A DNA stretch of 64,000 bases, from positions 107,788,917 through 107,852,916 of the forward strand of contig NC_068982.1 in assembly GCF_001194135.2 (NCBI RefSeq). Direction: 5' to 3'. Below, one piece after another: positions 25,632 through 37,199 of the stretch (positions are counted from its first letter, which is position 1; the number at the start of each line of letters is the position of its first letter). The notes below the pieces were generated by a model, which did no database searches, had not been told where the DNA came from, and saw only the letters and a list, made by a program, of their open reading frames with translations. Source of the stretch: Octopus bimaculoides (taxonomy: Eukaryota). The translations under genes and the position numbers were made by a program.

Positions 25632-27250
25632 TATATAATGAACTTCCACATTATTTCTGTCAACCAAACTCACAAAGCATAAAAATAGAACTCCACACCT
25701 TTGCTTTTGTCTAGTGACCATACCCATGTGCCCACTCAAATTGTACTTATATGACAATTTCCTCAGTCCAGTTTAGTTACAAATGCATTAAATCCAACTT
25801 AATTTCTGCATTCCTATTGCCTAGTGAACAGCACTTTATCCAGTATAAAAAAAAAGTGGTTCACGTCACCCTTATATATTCAATTTTCTAGGTTATATTT
25901 TTTCTTTTTCCAAAGCAAAGCAGTGACAAATGCCAAAATTTCAGACTGCTCAAAGTTCTCTCTTTAAAACCTCCGAAAACTTTCTAAGTTAAAAACAATA
26001 GAGATCTGTGACCTAGTGTAAAAAGCTTTTCTTGATCCATCTTCAAACAACATTTTAAAAATAGTCATTAGTCATCAATATCAAAATCTGAAGGCATGTA
26101 CAGAAGAGGGCTGTAACTACTTACACTCCTCTCCCCTTTATTATCTTACAACTTCACCCTCTTTCCACCTCTTGTATATAAACCCTCCATTCATTGTCTT
26201 ATATGTCTACACCTCCTTTGCTCAGGCACTCTTTGTCTGTTCTCAAACTACATTCCTTTTTCACACACACACCCTAAATTAGTCAGACATTGTCCATAAT
26301 CTTAGCAAGGTCTTCTAGACAGGAGATGTTGCAGTTAATACTCAGTTTGAACATCTGTAGTCTGTTAATCTGTGTAGCAGTCAAATTTCCCTCAAATCAC
26401 ACCTATAATCTTAAAAATAGAAAATAAAAAGTATGCTGGATACAGCTATTCAGAATTCTTTGCACACACAAAAAAAAAATTAAGATGGCCATAGCTGTAA
26501 TGCCCCTTGATGATAGGCATGTTAAATTTGAGTAACTTGAGATTACACACCACCATTGCCACAAGAAGATAACAGACTAAGGCTTGAAATGTTTTGAGAA
26601 TATCTGTATTTTAGAGTATTCAACTATATTTCAGAGAAATATAGCTTAGAATAATATAAATTATAAATTTTGCAAAGAGTTATCAATGAATTGAAATAAA
26701 AATATCTGAAAATACCAAAATAGGGGAAAAAAAATATCTCAGACTAATATAAGAGCAGAAATGAAAGAACAATACCCTTGACTTTTGCAGGTCATATCAA
26801 TGCAGATAATGCCCACTTAATTGAAGAGAGGTAAATCAAAGGGTTTTAATGATTTAAGTAAAAATGATTGGACAAACCATTAAGTACTAGATTAAAGGAA
26901 GAAGGGCAGTAGGGATGATGAGAGATGTAATGGCCAGACTGAAGGTGATCAGCAGCTTGCTAGCTCAAAAGAGCAGAGGACAGTGTAGTAACACTATGCC
27001 TGTGAGCAAGCATAGTACATTGGTGACTGAATCCTTGCCAATTGGCCCGATGGACTTCTAGATGCTGTATGAGATGCAAGTGTGTAATAACAGCAACATT
27101 CCAGATATATAAGCAAATATTCCAAGAAAGTTCATAAATTTTTTTTGCACAGTATCAAGTGATCAGAGATTGGTTATGAAAAAACCTAGTCTTTGAGATG
27201 CAATTTTGAGAATATGCCACAAGAGATAATCAGTAATAATGTGCCCTTAA

Positions 27251-27462
27251 CCCTTTAGCATATAAACCAGTCATATCCAGTCCAAAGAGTGTACATGGTT
27301 TATGTCCAAACTAGCCAGATCCAGCCTCTCACACCTACCCTACGATGTTATTCTAAAAATAACAAACACATCATTAAAAACCAGAAGCTAATGCACAATT
27401 AATTCAAAACATTGTAAATAAATAAGCATTACATTTGACAGAGTGATCTGGATACTAAAAGG
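27251..27462. mobile_element. piggyBac-type MITE
   Basis: TTAA at 27247-50 and 27463-66. TIRs ccctttagcat / atactaaaagg. Confidence 0.8.
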
Positions 27463-27514
27463 TTAAGCTAATTTTATTGATTCCCAAAGTTTTAGTTTGT
27501 CAAGTAAATCAATC

Positions 27515-27552
<38 letters not shown>

Positions 27553-28309
27553 AGTGAATTGAAAATGAACTTTGAATTGTCATCAAAATATGAAAACTGA
27601 TGATAAACTGATCATTTTGATTCATGAACACAAATTTGAAAGGTATAACTTTTCTAGGCTTGTTCAGCTGTTACACCAGTCTTAATAAACTTATTAGAAA
27701 TATGCCAAAAATATTCATATTACAGGTGTCACACTAAATGTAGTTTGTTCTAAACCTCTACATTTGAAAAGATTAACATTTATTTTTTAAATCAATAATA
27801 ATGAAGAGGAAACTATAAGTCATGCATTTTAAAATTTCTAATACTAACAATATTTATTTTATCATAATTATTTCACAGATAAAAGCTGTTTCTTTCTTTC
27901 ATATTTTATAATAAACATTTATTATGGCATTATTCTTGATTACTCTTCAGCTATTTTATATCTTGTCATCTTGTCCCAACCCAAACATTCCTAATCATTT
28001 GTTGTGAGAACATAAACAGCTTATTGATTGCATGTCCACATCTGCTAATTACTACATGTCATCTTTGACAACTCAAATTCATATTTGTTTCCAGCTTCTG
28101 CTTTTCCTGCTCGCATTTCATAATCAAAAAGAAACAAAAAAAAAAAAGTAATCATTTTATGTTACCTTATAAATAAATGGTCGTCATCAATTGTAAACAA
28201 CGTAAATTCCCAAAATTAATTTCCATAAGATAAGCTGAAGTTGAGAAACTGATAAATTCACATAAAGAGAAATTATCTAAAACTTATAAAATTACTTGAA
28301 GATAAGCAT

Positions 28310-28469
28310 GGTTGTGTTGTTAAGAAATCACTTTACAGCTATGTGGTTTCAGGTTCACTCCCATTGTACACCTTTAGCAGGTATCATCTATAGCTTCAAA
28401 CTAGCAAATACCTTGCAAGTGAATTAAGCAAACAGAAATTGTGGAAGCCCTTTGTGCACACACCCACAC

Positions 28470-28500
<31 letters not shown>

Positions 28501-28631
28501 CTCACATGTGTATATGTCTGTGTTTGCTCCCTCATCACCATACAATCAGTGGTGGCTTAATTTAGCAGTTCAGCAAAAGAGATAGATAGAATAAATACCA
28601 GACTTTCAAAAATAAGTACTAAGATCAATTT
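28310..28631 (+). mobile_element. CORE-like SINE interrupted by the Penelope insertion (resumes 29470-29535)
   Basis: Removing 28632-29469 restores aataagtactaagatcaatttgttcaactaaaccc, collinear with the other copies. Confidence 0.75.
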
Positions 28632-28705
28632 AATACAGTTCTATATTTAAGAGATGAGGAATTATGTACATTATTTACATTTGACGGATATTTGTCCTCA
28701 TCTTG

Positions 28706-28750
28706 TTTGTTTCGGCTGATATACCCTCCAGCCTTTATCAGGGTTCTTGG
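28706..28750 (-). ncRNA. Mirror copy of the minimal hammerhead (degenerate)
   Basis: Reverse complement reads CTGATAA-a-ggctg-gagggtatat-cagcc-GAAA. Stem II is intact, but G8>A and the helix III / stem I 3' side is deleted. Confidence 0.55.
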
Positions 28751-28890
28751 AGAAATATCGAACCCGGGTTCTCATTCCTAAGGTATCTTTTGATGTTATT
28801 ATTCAGGTTACTGCCAGAGCTGCATGGGATGGAGTACACAGTTTTTGGTCATATTCTCTTCTATTGGTGGTTTTACTCGAAGGAGATATT

Positions 28891-29214
28891 TGCATCTCAT
28901 GCAGCTATGGTAGGTTATACAAAGGCGAAACATTCCGCCCCCTCAAAATAAGGGTAGAGGAACATCGCAAAGCTGTGACACAAGGAGATATTGATAAATC
29001 GGTTATAGCTGATCATGTTTAGAAAAATGGAGACCACCTCCCCCTGTGGGATGAAGTTAAAATAATAGACAGAGAACACCACTGGAAAATATGAAAACTA
29101 AAAGAAGCAGCACATATGCTAGGACACAACAACCTCCTAAGCAGACTGAGTGCAGATATGAATAGCATATGGGAACCAGTATTAAGGAAGGATAGGAAAC
29201 TATTAAATTTATAA
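28891..29214 (+). pseudogene. GIY-YIG endonuclease C-terminal fragment of a Penelope-like element
   Basis: ISCSYGRLYKGETFRPLKIRVEEHRK...LPLWDEVKIIDREHHW...WEPVLRKDRKLLNL* with in-frame stops. Confidence 0.8.
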
Positions 29215-29243
29215 GCCCTAAAATTCACTCTATAATTGCCCAC

Positions 29244-29305
29244 GGGCAAATGGCATAGTGGTTAAGAGCGTGGGCTACTAACTCCAAGATTCCAAGTTCG
29301 ATTCC
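29244..29305 (+). promoter_or_regulatory. tRNA-like Pol III internal promoter (pseudo-tRNA head)
   Basis: A box TGGCATAGTGG 29251-61 and B box GTTCGATTCC 29296-305 at tRNA-like spacing. No 3' acceptor strand, so not a tRNA gene. Confidence 0.7.
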
Positions 29306-29363
29306 AATAATAATTACATCAAAAAATACCTTAAGAATGAGAACCCAGGTTCAAAATTTCCCC

Positions 29364-29411
29364 AAGACACCTGATGAAGGCTGGAGGGTATATGAACTGA
29401 AACGCTGTGTT
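29364..29411 (+). ncRNA. Minimal type I hammerhead motif in Penelope pLTR (degenerate)
   Basis: acac-CTGATGA(29371-77)-a-ggctg..loop..gaact-GAAA(29399-402)-cgct-gtgt. Stem II 3' strand and the ACGT helix III each carry substitutions. Confidence 0.6.
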
Positions 29412-30879
29412 AACAACAAACAAGATGAGGACAAATATCCGTCAAATGTAAATAATGTAAGATCAATTTGTTCAACTAAACCCTTTAAAGTGGTGTCCCA
29501 GTATGGCCATAGCCTAATGACTGAAATACATAAAAGGTATATACATATTGTAAGGAACATCAACAACTCAATCAGTAAATGTCAATTCTTTTTCATTTCT
29601 AAAATGGTCAGCAATGCAAATAAATCTATTAAAAGAAAAAATAATAAAATTTCCTTGTCATAATCTCAGTCTGTGTTTCTTGAAGGTAGGGGGACTCTGA
29701 AGATTGAAAAGAGGTGGACTATGTTTGATAAAATTAAAGTGGTTTTAAACATTTTAAGCTTGTGCAACACCATTGTGAAGAAAATATGATAAGAATGAAA
29801 ACTATTTTGTGGCCTCATTAATAAAGAGAAATTTTGTTAATTTTTTTCAGCGTAGGGTTAGTCAGTTTGATTGCCATTGATCTAAGTACAAATGTAAACC
29901 ATCAACAATGTCTTCCGTGCATGAGTAACATCTAAAATGCTTCAAAACACTTCCCAGGAAATTTGTTGAACTTTTTTTTTACACAATGTGACTTCTTTGT
30001 GAAATTGACTTTTTCTTGCATTTCTTTTTAATAGATTGTTATTTAGCTCCAGGACAGCACTGATTCAACAGACTATTTCAGATATTGTATATTTAAGATT
30101 AATTCAACCAATGTAGCTTTAAGGCTACAGGCTATTAATAAAAGAGTAGTTTGGCTGTTATGTCTAGCAGACTGAACAACATGAACTCTTTTGTTGGCTC
30201 ATCTTTTTTTAAATAGAGGAACTGAATTGTAGAGATATTTGTGCTTTGTCTATTATGTTTTTAAATTGAAGTTCTTACTTTTCAAAAATGTGTAGAGATA
30301 TCCAATTCAAAGTCAACTAGTCACATGTCATAGATTTGTGAATAACTGAACAAATAGAGCTGCTTTTTTTCATCAGTTTCAGTTTGTCATCAGCAACAAC
30401 TACAATGATAATTGCAATAGAAATGGTTCAGATAGTCCTGTTGTCATCCTACCTATTTGTAAGAAATTACATAAAACTCATCATTTATAAAGATAATCTA
30501 TGTCGGTTTTTTTTTCCCCCCCCACCTTTGGCAACAAACATTATGAACACAGCAGGAAGACTACAAAAATACCCAAAATATCTACTTGTATAAAAAATAC
30601 TTCACAGACATTACATATCAGTAAAAAATAAGGATGGGATTCATGAAGAAACAACGGGAATTGCAATATTGACAAATACCAAAACAAATTAAAAAGCAAA
30701 AGCTTTTTGGATAAAAACCAAACTACAGAAAGAATATTAATCTGGAAGGAGTAATTGCTGAATAAGCTTTCTGAACAAAATGAGTCGTAGCCTACCTAAT
30801 CAGTCAGTGCATTCAACTAGTAATCAATAAGTTTCAGATCCGTTTTAATATTTTCCACTAAACAAAACCCGATAAATGG

Positions 30880-31075
30880 CAAAATTGGTAGAGCACCAGA
30901 TAAAATTTTACAGTATTTAGCTATGTCTCTTTACATTTAGACTTCAAATCCTGTCAGAGTGGACTTTGCCTTCCATCAACCTAGGCTTGGTAAAATAAGA
31001 TCCAGTTAAATACTGGTGTCAAATCAACTACATCCCTTCCCAATAAAAAATGTGGTCTTCTACCAATGTTGGAAA
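30880..31075 (+). mobile_element. tRNA-derived SINE (12.2-kb family)
   Basis: ggactttgccttccatc..gtaaaataagatccag central domain. Confidence 0.6.
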
Positions 31076-31949
31076 TTAATATTTACCACTAAACAGTTAA
31101 ATGATTTACAAAGCTAATGATTTGGGCAGTGCAGACATAATTCCAACTGGCAGGTAAAATTGTTAATAAATGTACACATTGAATTTAGATTTTTTAATTA
31201 AATTTAAAACAATATTACTAACAAACCTTAAATTAGATAAATATTAAGGTTAAATTCATTAGCCTCTAATGTGATTCTTTACAATGAAAATTGCAATAAT
31301 GAAGCAGTCAATAAAAGTCAAACTAGATTGCTTGAAATTACATTGGAAATGACTAAACTAATAAACAACATCCAACAGGAACCAACACTTCAGATGTATA
31401 CAGAATTTTATTAGATAAATATTCTGTTAAAAATAAACCATAACTAAAAAAAATTGGTTTATATGTTAAATACCCTGAGTTAAGTTAGATACTGGAACAT
31501 TACTGATCCATCAAAATATTAACCTGATATTATTCGCTAATATAACATGAAATCATAAAAGTTTTGACCTTAGTTTGAATTTAATGTACAAGTCTTAAAA
31601 AGTATAAGACAATGAAAAGTAGGAGTAAAAATTAATTTGTTTCTAGACAATAGGAATTATACTTTGCAAATAAAACTGAAGTCCTCACCAAAAACTATTT
31701 GGCACTTAAAAAAAAAAGAAAATGTTCCAAATGTTTGCATTATATAATTTGTATGTAACTATTTCAAGTTCCTAAAATAAATTTTATGAAATTGTAATAC
31801 TGCAGAAAACACTATTTTTCACAGTATGAATGAGATAACTTTTATGATAGGTATTACTGAGATTTATTCTATGTCTGGTTTCTTTGCTCTTTTGTATACA
31901 TAAACCAAATATATATATATATTAATTCACATTGAGAATTTCTTATAAA

Positions 31950-31950
<1 letters not shown>

Positions 31951-32025
<75 letters not shown>
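31951..32025. repeat. (TG)n microsatellite
   Basis: Perfect dinucleotide run. Confidence 0.95.
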
Positions 32026-32027
<2 letters not shown>

Positions 32028-32309
32028 AATATCTCCATGAGCATGTATGTGTGAGTGAGTTTGTATATCCCCCTCCGCTACATGTATGTTCACTGTTTGT
32101 AAACAAAAGCATTGCTGTTCATACAGGCTGTGTTGTATGCTTGCAGTCCACTGCAAAAGCACATCAGGGTTTGACAAGTCTCAACAAGTTGCACGCTCTT
32201 TATAAAAAAATGGAGCATTCAAACAAGAATGTTTGCTTCCAGTTTTCCTTGAAACTATGTCCGGGTTGTTCATTGTTTAATAGACTAGGATATTATTACC
32301 ATGCTGGGA

Positions 32310-32660
32310 ATCAGGTGAGGGTTGGCACCAAGAAGAGTTTTGCAACCACATGGTTCTGGTTTACATTGCACAGTATCTTGGGCAAGTATCTTCTACTATA
32401 GCCCCTAAGCTGAACAATATCTTGTGAGTGAATTCGGTAGGCAGAAACTGTTTGGAATCCCATCATGTGTGTATTTCTCTGTTTGTCCCCCACCTCCTGC
32501 AAAACAACCAGAGTTGGTTTCTTTAAGAGTTCAACTAAAGAAATTGACAGAATAAGCACCAGACTTAAGTACTGGGGTTGATTTGTTTAACTAATTATTT
32601 CATGGGAATGCCCTAGAATGGCCACAGCCGATTACTGAAACAAGTAAAAGCATAAAAGAA
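32310..32660 (+). mobile_element. CORE-like SINE
   Basis: cttgggcaagtatcttctactatagcc...actgaaacaagtaaaag. Confidence 0.75.
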
Positions 32661-34674
32661 TAATGTTTACAGCAAAGTATTGTAAACAGAAGCAAACAGA
32701 GAGTTGTGGGTGTCAGTTGTAATGTGATAAAATTTTAGTATTTTGATGTCCTTACAACAAAACGCAACATAGCTATATTTAGAAGAACTTTTTGAAAAAC
32801 TCTAAAATGAGAACATTTTCCAAAATTTCATTTGTAAAAAAAATTTAAATATTTTGAAAATCCTGTTATTTTCTTGGTCCTAAAAAAATCATTTTCACAT
32901 CAAAAGAAAAGAATTCCATTCATGCTAAATGACTACATGAGTACAGTGAAGTGAATGTTATCTATTAATCTCTCTCCTTTTATCACTCATCTTTTTATTA
33001 CTGTTGCTATTTTAAATATAATTATCTTCACCATTGTTCAATCTAGAGCAATAAAATAACTATTATATATANNNNNNNNNNTAAAAAAGCTGAAGCTTCT
33101 CGAATCATAATTTTTCATAATTTTTACTGATTATTCAAACACTTGAAGTTGGGAAGTAGTATACAAGTACAGATATATAGAGATTTTGACTGGTTGCCAG
33201 GATAATTTAATAAATGTGCTGCACATACATCTAAACAACTGCACACACAGAACATGCTATTTTCACATCTTTGGCATCATGTGTATAAAACACACTTAAG
33301 CAAGAAAAGAAGGTGCTCTTAATGAAATTTTAGAGTTTTTTAAAAATTATATGACTATCTTTTAGTATATGGCAAATCTATTATGTAGGAAATAAACTGT
33401 TTTAACTAGTTGATAGTTGGAAATTCCTTAACAGCAATAGATGTGCTTACAGAGATTCACCAATTCCCATTTTTTGTTCAAAATTGCAACAAGCAAAGAG
33501 ACAAAGTTCACACTTGGAACAAAGAATGTGAAAGGACATATGCTCCATTTGATTTTGTAAATGTTAATAATTATGATCAATTAAACTGAAGATATATTTG
33601 GATAATTTAGTGATAAGATGTCTTGTGGTGTAAGGATCTTTTAAAAAAAAATTTCCAGGAAACTCTATATAGCTTTTGTTTCATGATTACTTGAAAGGGA
33701 AACCTTAGCTTAATAAAGACACATAACATTAAGAGGGCAGATATGAAGGTTGTTACAATTACATACATTATCTTCTAACTGCAGTTTTCATTTATGAAAC
33801 TATTTTTAGAAGTAACTTGGCGTTAGGAAGTACATCCAACCATAGAAACCATGCCAAATCAAACTAAAACTTGGTGCAGCTCTCCAGCTCTGGTGAAGCC
33901 ATCCAACCCATGCCAGCATGGACAACAGATAGATGATGATGATGAAGACAATGAGAGAGAGAGTGGGGGGGGGGGGTAAATTTAATATTAAAAATTTGAA
34001 TTTTTTTTCACATTGGTAACAAAATGTGAAGTATTTACTGAAAATATAAGCTTCAAAATAATGATTAATAAATGCCTACCTCTAACATGACCAGAAACTG
34101 CATTACAATAGACCAGCCTTCCTTTTCAGAGCTAGAAAATACTTCAACCTCAGCAACTACATACACACAAGCATCCTAGACCACATAAAAAGGTGTTGGG
34201 TGACTACTGAACGGAAAATAGCATGAAGTTGCTCATCAACACATGGCCACAACTATGGCACAAAAACATTATTTCCTCTCAGTGCATTTTTTATTGCTAC
34301 AACAGTGGCTTTGCTCTTTAAAGCAGACCTGATTTTGTACTACCTCCATTCATGCACCTGACTCATTTTACTTCCTTTTATCACCCATATTGTGAACACC
34401 AAGGCCCCAGAATGTAAGATCTCTGAAATTTCTTCCCTGCACAAGTCTTTCCAGCTGTCATCAACTTGAAAATGTTCAAGAGGAATGTTAATCATGTTGT
34501 CTCACTAATATTGGGCATGTGAAGCTTATGAAGCAAAACATCTTCCTCCAGACTAACCCGATGAGAGAAAAGAGAACTTAGAAAGAAATTCTCTGACCTT
34601 CAGTTACATTCGCTCAGCACAATTTGAGAGAGGAGGGGATAGAGATATAGAGATAGACATATATATATATATAT

Positions 34675-34729
<55 letters not shown>

Positions 34730-37199
34730 NNNNNNNNNNNNNNNNNNNNNNNNNNNNNNNNNNNNNNNNNNNNNNNNNNNNNNNNNNNNNNNNNNNNNNN
34801 NNNNNNNNNNNNNNNNNNNNNNNNNNNNNNNNNNNNNNNNNNNNNNNNNNNNNNNNNNNNNNNNNNNNNNNNNNNNNNNNNNNNNNNNNNNNNNNNNNNN
34901 NNNNNNNNNNNCAATTTTTTTTTTTTTTTTTTTTCATCCAGCAGTATTTCTAATTATATGATGTTAGTTTTGACAATTATATATTTAGAGTTGTCATCCA
35001 CTTTACACCACATAAATCTAGCTTTATGAACCATCTTGGTTGGTAAAGAATTTAATAATAGATAAAAGAACTTAATAGAAATTTCTAATACAGTAATTTA
35101 TATGTGAAAAATTTTCAAAGAAAAAAAATCTCAAGAAATCTTGATTAATAACCAAATCATAAGGAAAAAATATCAAATACTTTTAACAGACTTTTTATAT
35201 TGACCAAAAGACAGTTTAAAAACTTCTACACTTAAGCTAAGTGTTCACTATTTTAGTTATTACTAGGTCAAACTGCTTTTGCTTTATTTCATTGTATTTT
35301 TAGCTTACACTAAATTGCCTATGTGTGACTGCATTGTGACTAACAAAATGCTATTACACTCACAAATTGAAATATTTTACATTATAAATTATAGAAACCT
35401 ATTAACAAGAGATTTGATTTTAAAAACCAATATTAAGAATTCATTAATTAATAAAAGTAAACTTCAAAAAAATGTATTTCATTTACGTATGAAACAATAT
35501 TAACAGTTGACAATATTAATAACAGAAATTCAGATTATTTTTATATCTAACCATTGTTTAAAATGGAGCCCAGTACTATTTGGTCATAATTTAAGACAAT
35601 TTCATAACCACCAAACAAATGAGTATGGAAATGTTTAGAAAAAGTAGAATTGTGTTAAATTATACAAAGAAATAAATAACATTACATTTTTTACTGAGCA
35701 AACAACATATATCTCCATGAAGGGGTGACATTAGTATTAATGAGTCCAGTTAGTAAGCTAATAGTTGAAGGTCTGTTGGTATTTAAAAACTGACAAGCTA
35801 CATCTTGGTTTCAAATGGAATGAATGTACAATTTTTATGAAGACATTAATACTAATGAATGATGAGAATTAGCTTGGTAGAAAAACATTGAAATGGCAAT
35901 CACAAAGTACCTCATTTTAAACTTATGTCTGTAGTTGGTCTTACTGGGGTAGGTATGAATAAAGCCTGTGAATATTTAACACATCAAGCACAGAATTTAT
36001 TTATAGACAAACAATGCTATATATTAAATTTTTTTCTATTCTGCCAAGTATAACAGCACACTTAAAATTAAGGTAATATTTGAGTAAATGAATGGGAGAG
36101 AGAGGGAGGAACAAAAGGAAGAGGAGGCCAAATAAATATGAGAAATATTTGTCAAGTCTGACAACTTGATGGCATGCAAGTAGTCAATGAAATGTCAGCT
36201 ATTAAGTCACTCCCTACAGCAACTATGTAGGAAATACACTGTAGAGGTGAGTATGTCAAATTTAAACTTGAAACAAACATAAGCATCTAGTAATTATTAT
36301 TTAATAAAATTTTCACTTCTATTTTGAAAACTGATAAAACACCAATTACATTATTCTAATAATTACATTCATACCAAATGGTAGACATATCTTACACTGT
36401 CCTATATGTTTATAACAAAAACTATAAAATCAGCAAATTAAAATACTTTTAACTGTAAGTTAGTGAATAAGGCTTAATAATAAGTTGCATGGCATAAATA
36501 AATTTCCTCAAGCTACAAAAAAAGTGTATGTAGAGTAATATATGTATATACTTTTGTACACTTAGATAATATATATTACTCATCACTTCAAGGTCTCCCC
36601 TCTAAGCAACAATGATTAAACATTTGCACAATGTATTTCCATTGGTCTCCTATTTCATATAATCAATATGGCCCAAGTTTCTGTAAAAGTTATTTTAATC
36701 ACAATAAAGAATAAGTATCAAAATTCATATGGCACTTGATCAAATGGAGTAGCGAATGGTTTGAACTCAGTTAAATACAAGCAAAACTCCGAGTCTAGTT
36801 CATTCATGACAACACAGTAAATACGTCATCCATATGTACATCACACATCTTCACTAAATTCATCATCAAGCCAAATACATTGTTGGAAAATTTACGTCAT
36901 ACTTTTTGTCTACTGAGTAGGTACACCACTAAATATTAAAGTTTTTATTTGCACAGCAAATACATTGCATTCCATTACCAATGTTAAAAAATTCAAAGAT
37001 AAAGCATTATTAAATGTACTCAAATTAAACATTAAAAAAAGTCATATCCAAAAATGGAATCCATAAAAAAAAAGCAATGACAAAACTATTTTCATTTAGG
37101 GGAAGAATAAAACATTCCTAAAAGAGAAATTATGAGCAATGCATCTTAAATAAGCCAGTATTTTGCAATTTTGATACTCCTTGATGCTGCATGCATTAT

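Larger units (their letters stand above)
28632..29457 (+). mobile_element. Penelope-like element fragment with 5' inversion: inverted pLTR, GIY-YIG endonuclease fragment, tRNA-like head, pLTR
   Basis: 12-bp TSD taagatcaattt at 28620-31 and 29458-69. Inverted ~150-bp repeats at about 28665-28803 and 29306-29459. Translation CSYGRLYKGETFRPLKIRVEEHRKAV...DKSVIADHV...KLKEAAHML is Penelope-type GIY-YIG. Confidence 0.85.

Noticed and set aside
26930-27100. GC-richer unique stretch as a possible poison exon
   Set aside because: Weak acceptor, no convincing donor, no homology.
29244-29305. tRNA gene
   Set aside because: Has A and B boxes but no acceptor-stem 3' strand and a poor anticodon stem; treated as a pseudo-tRNA head.
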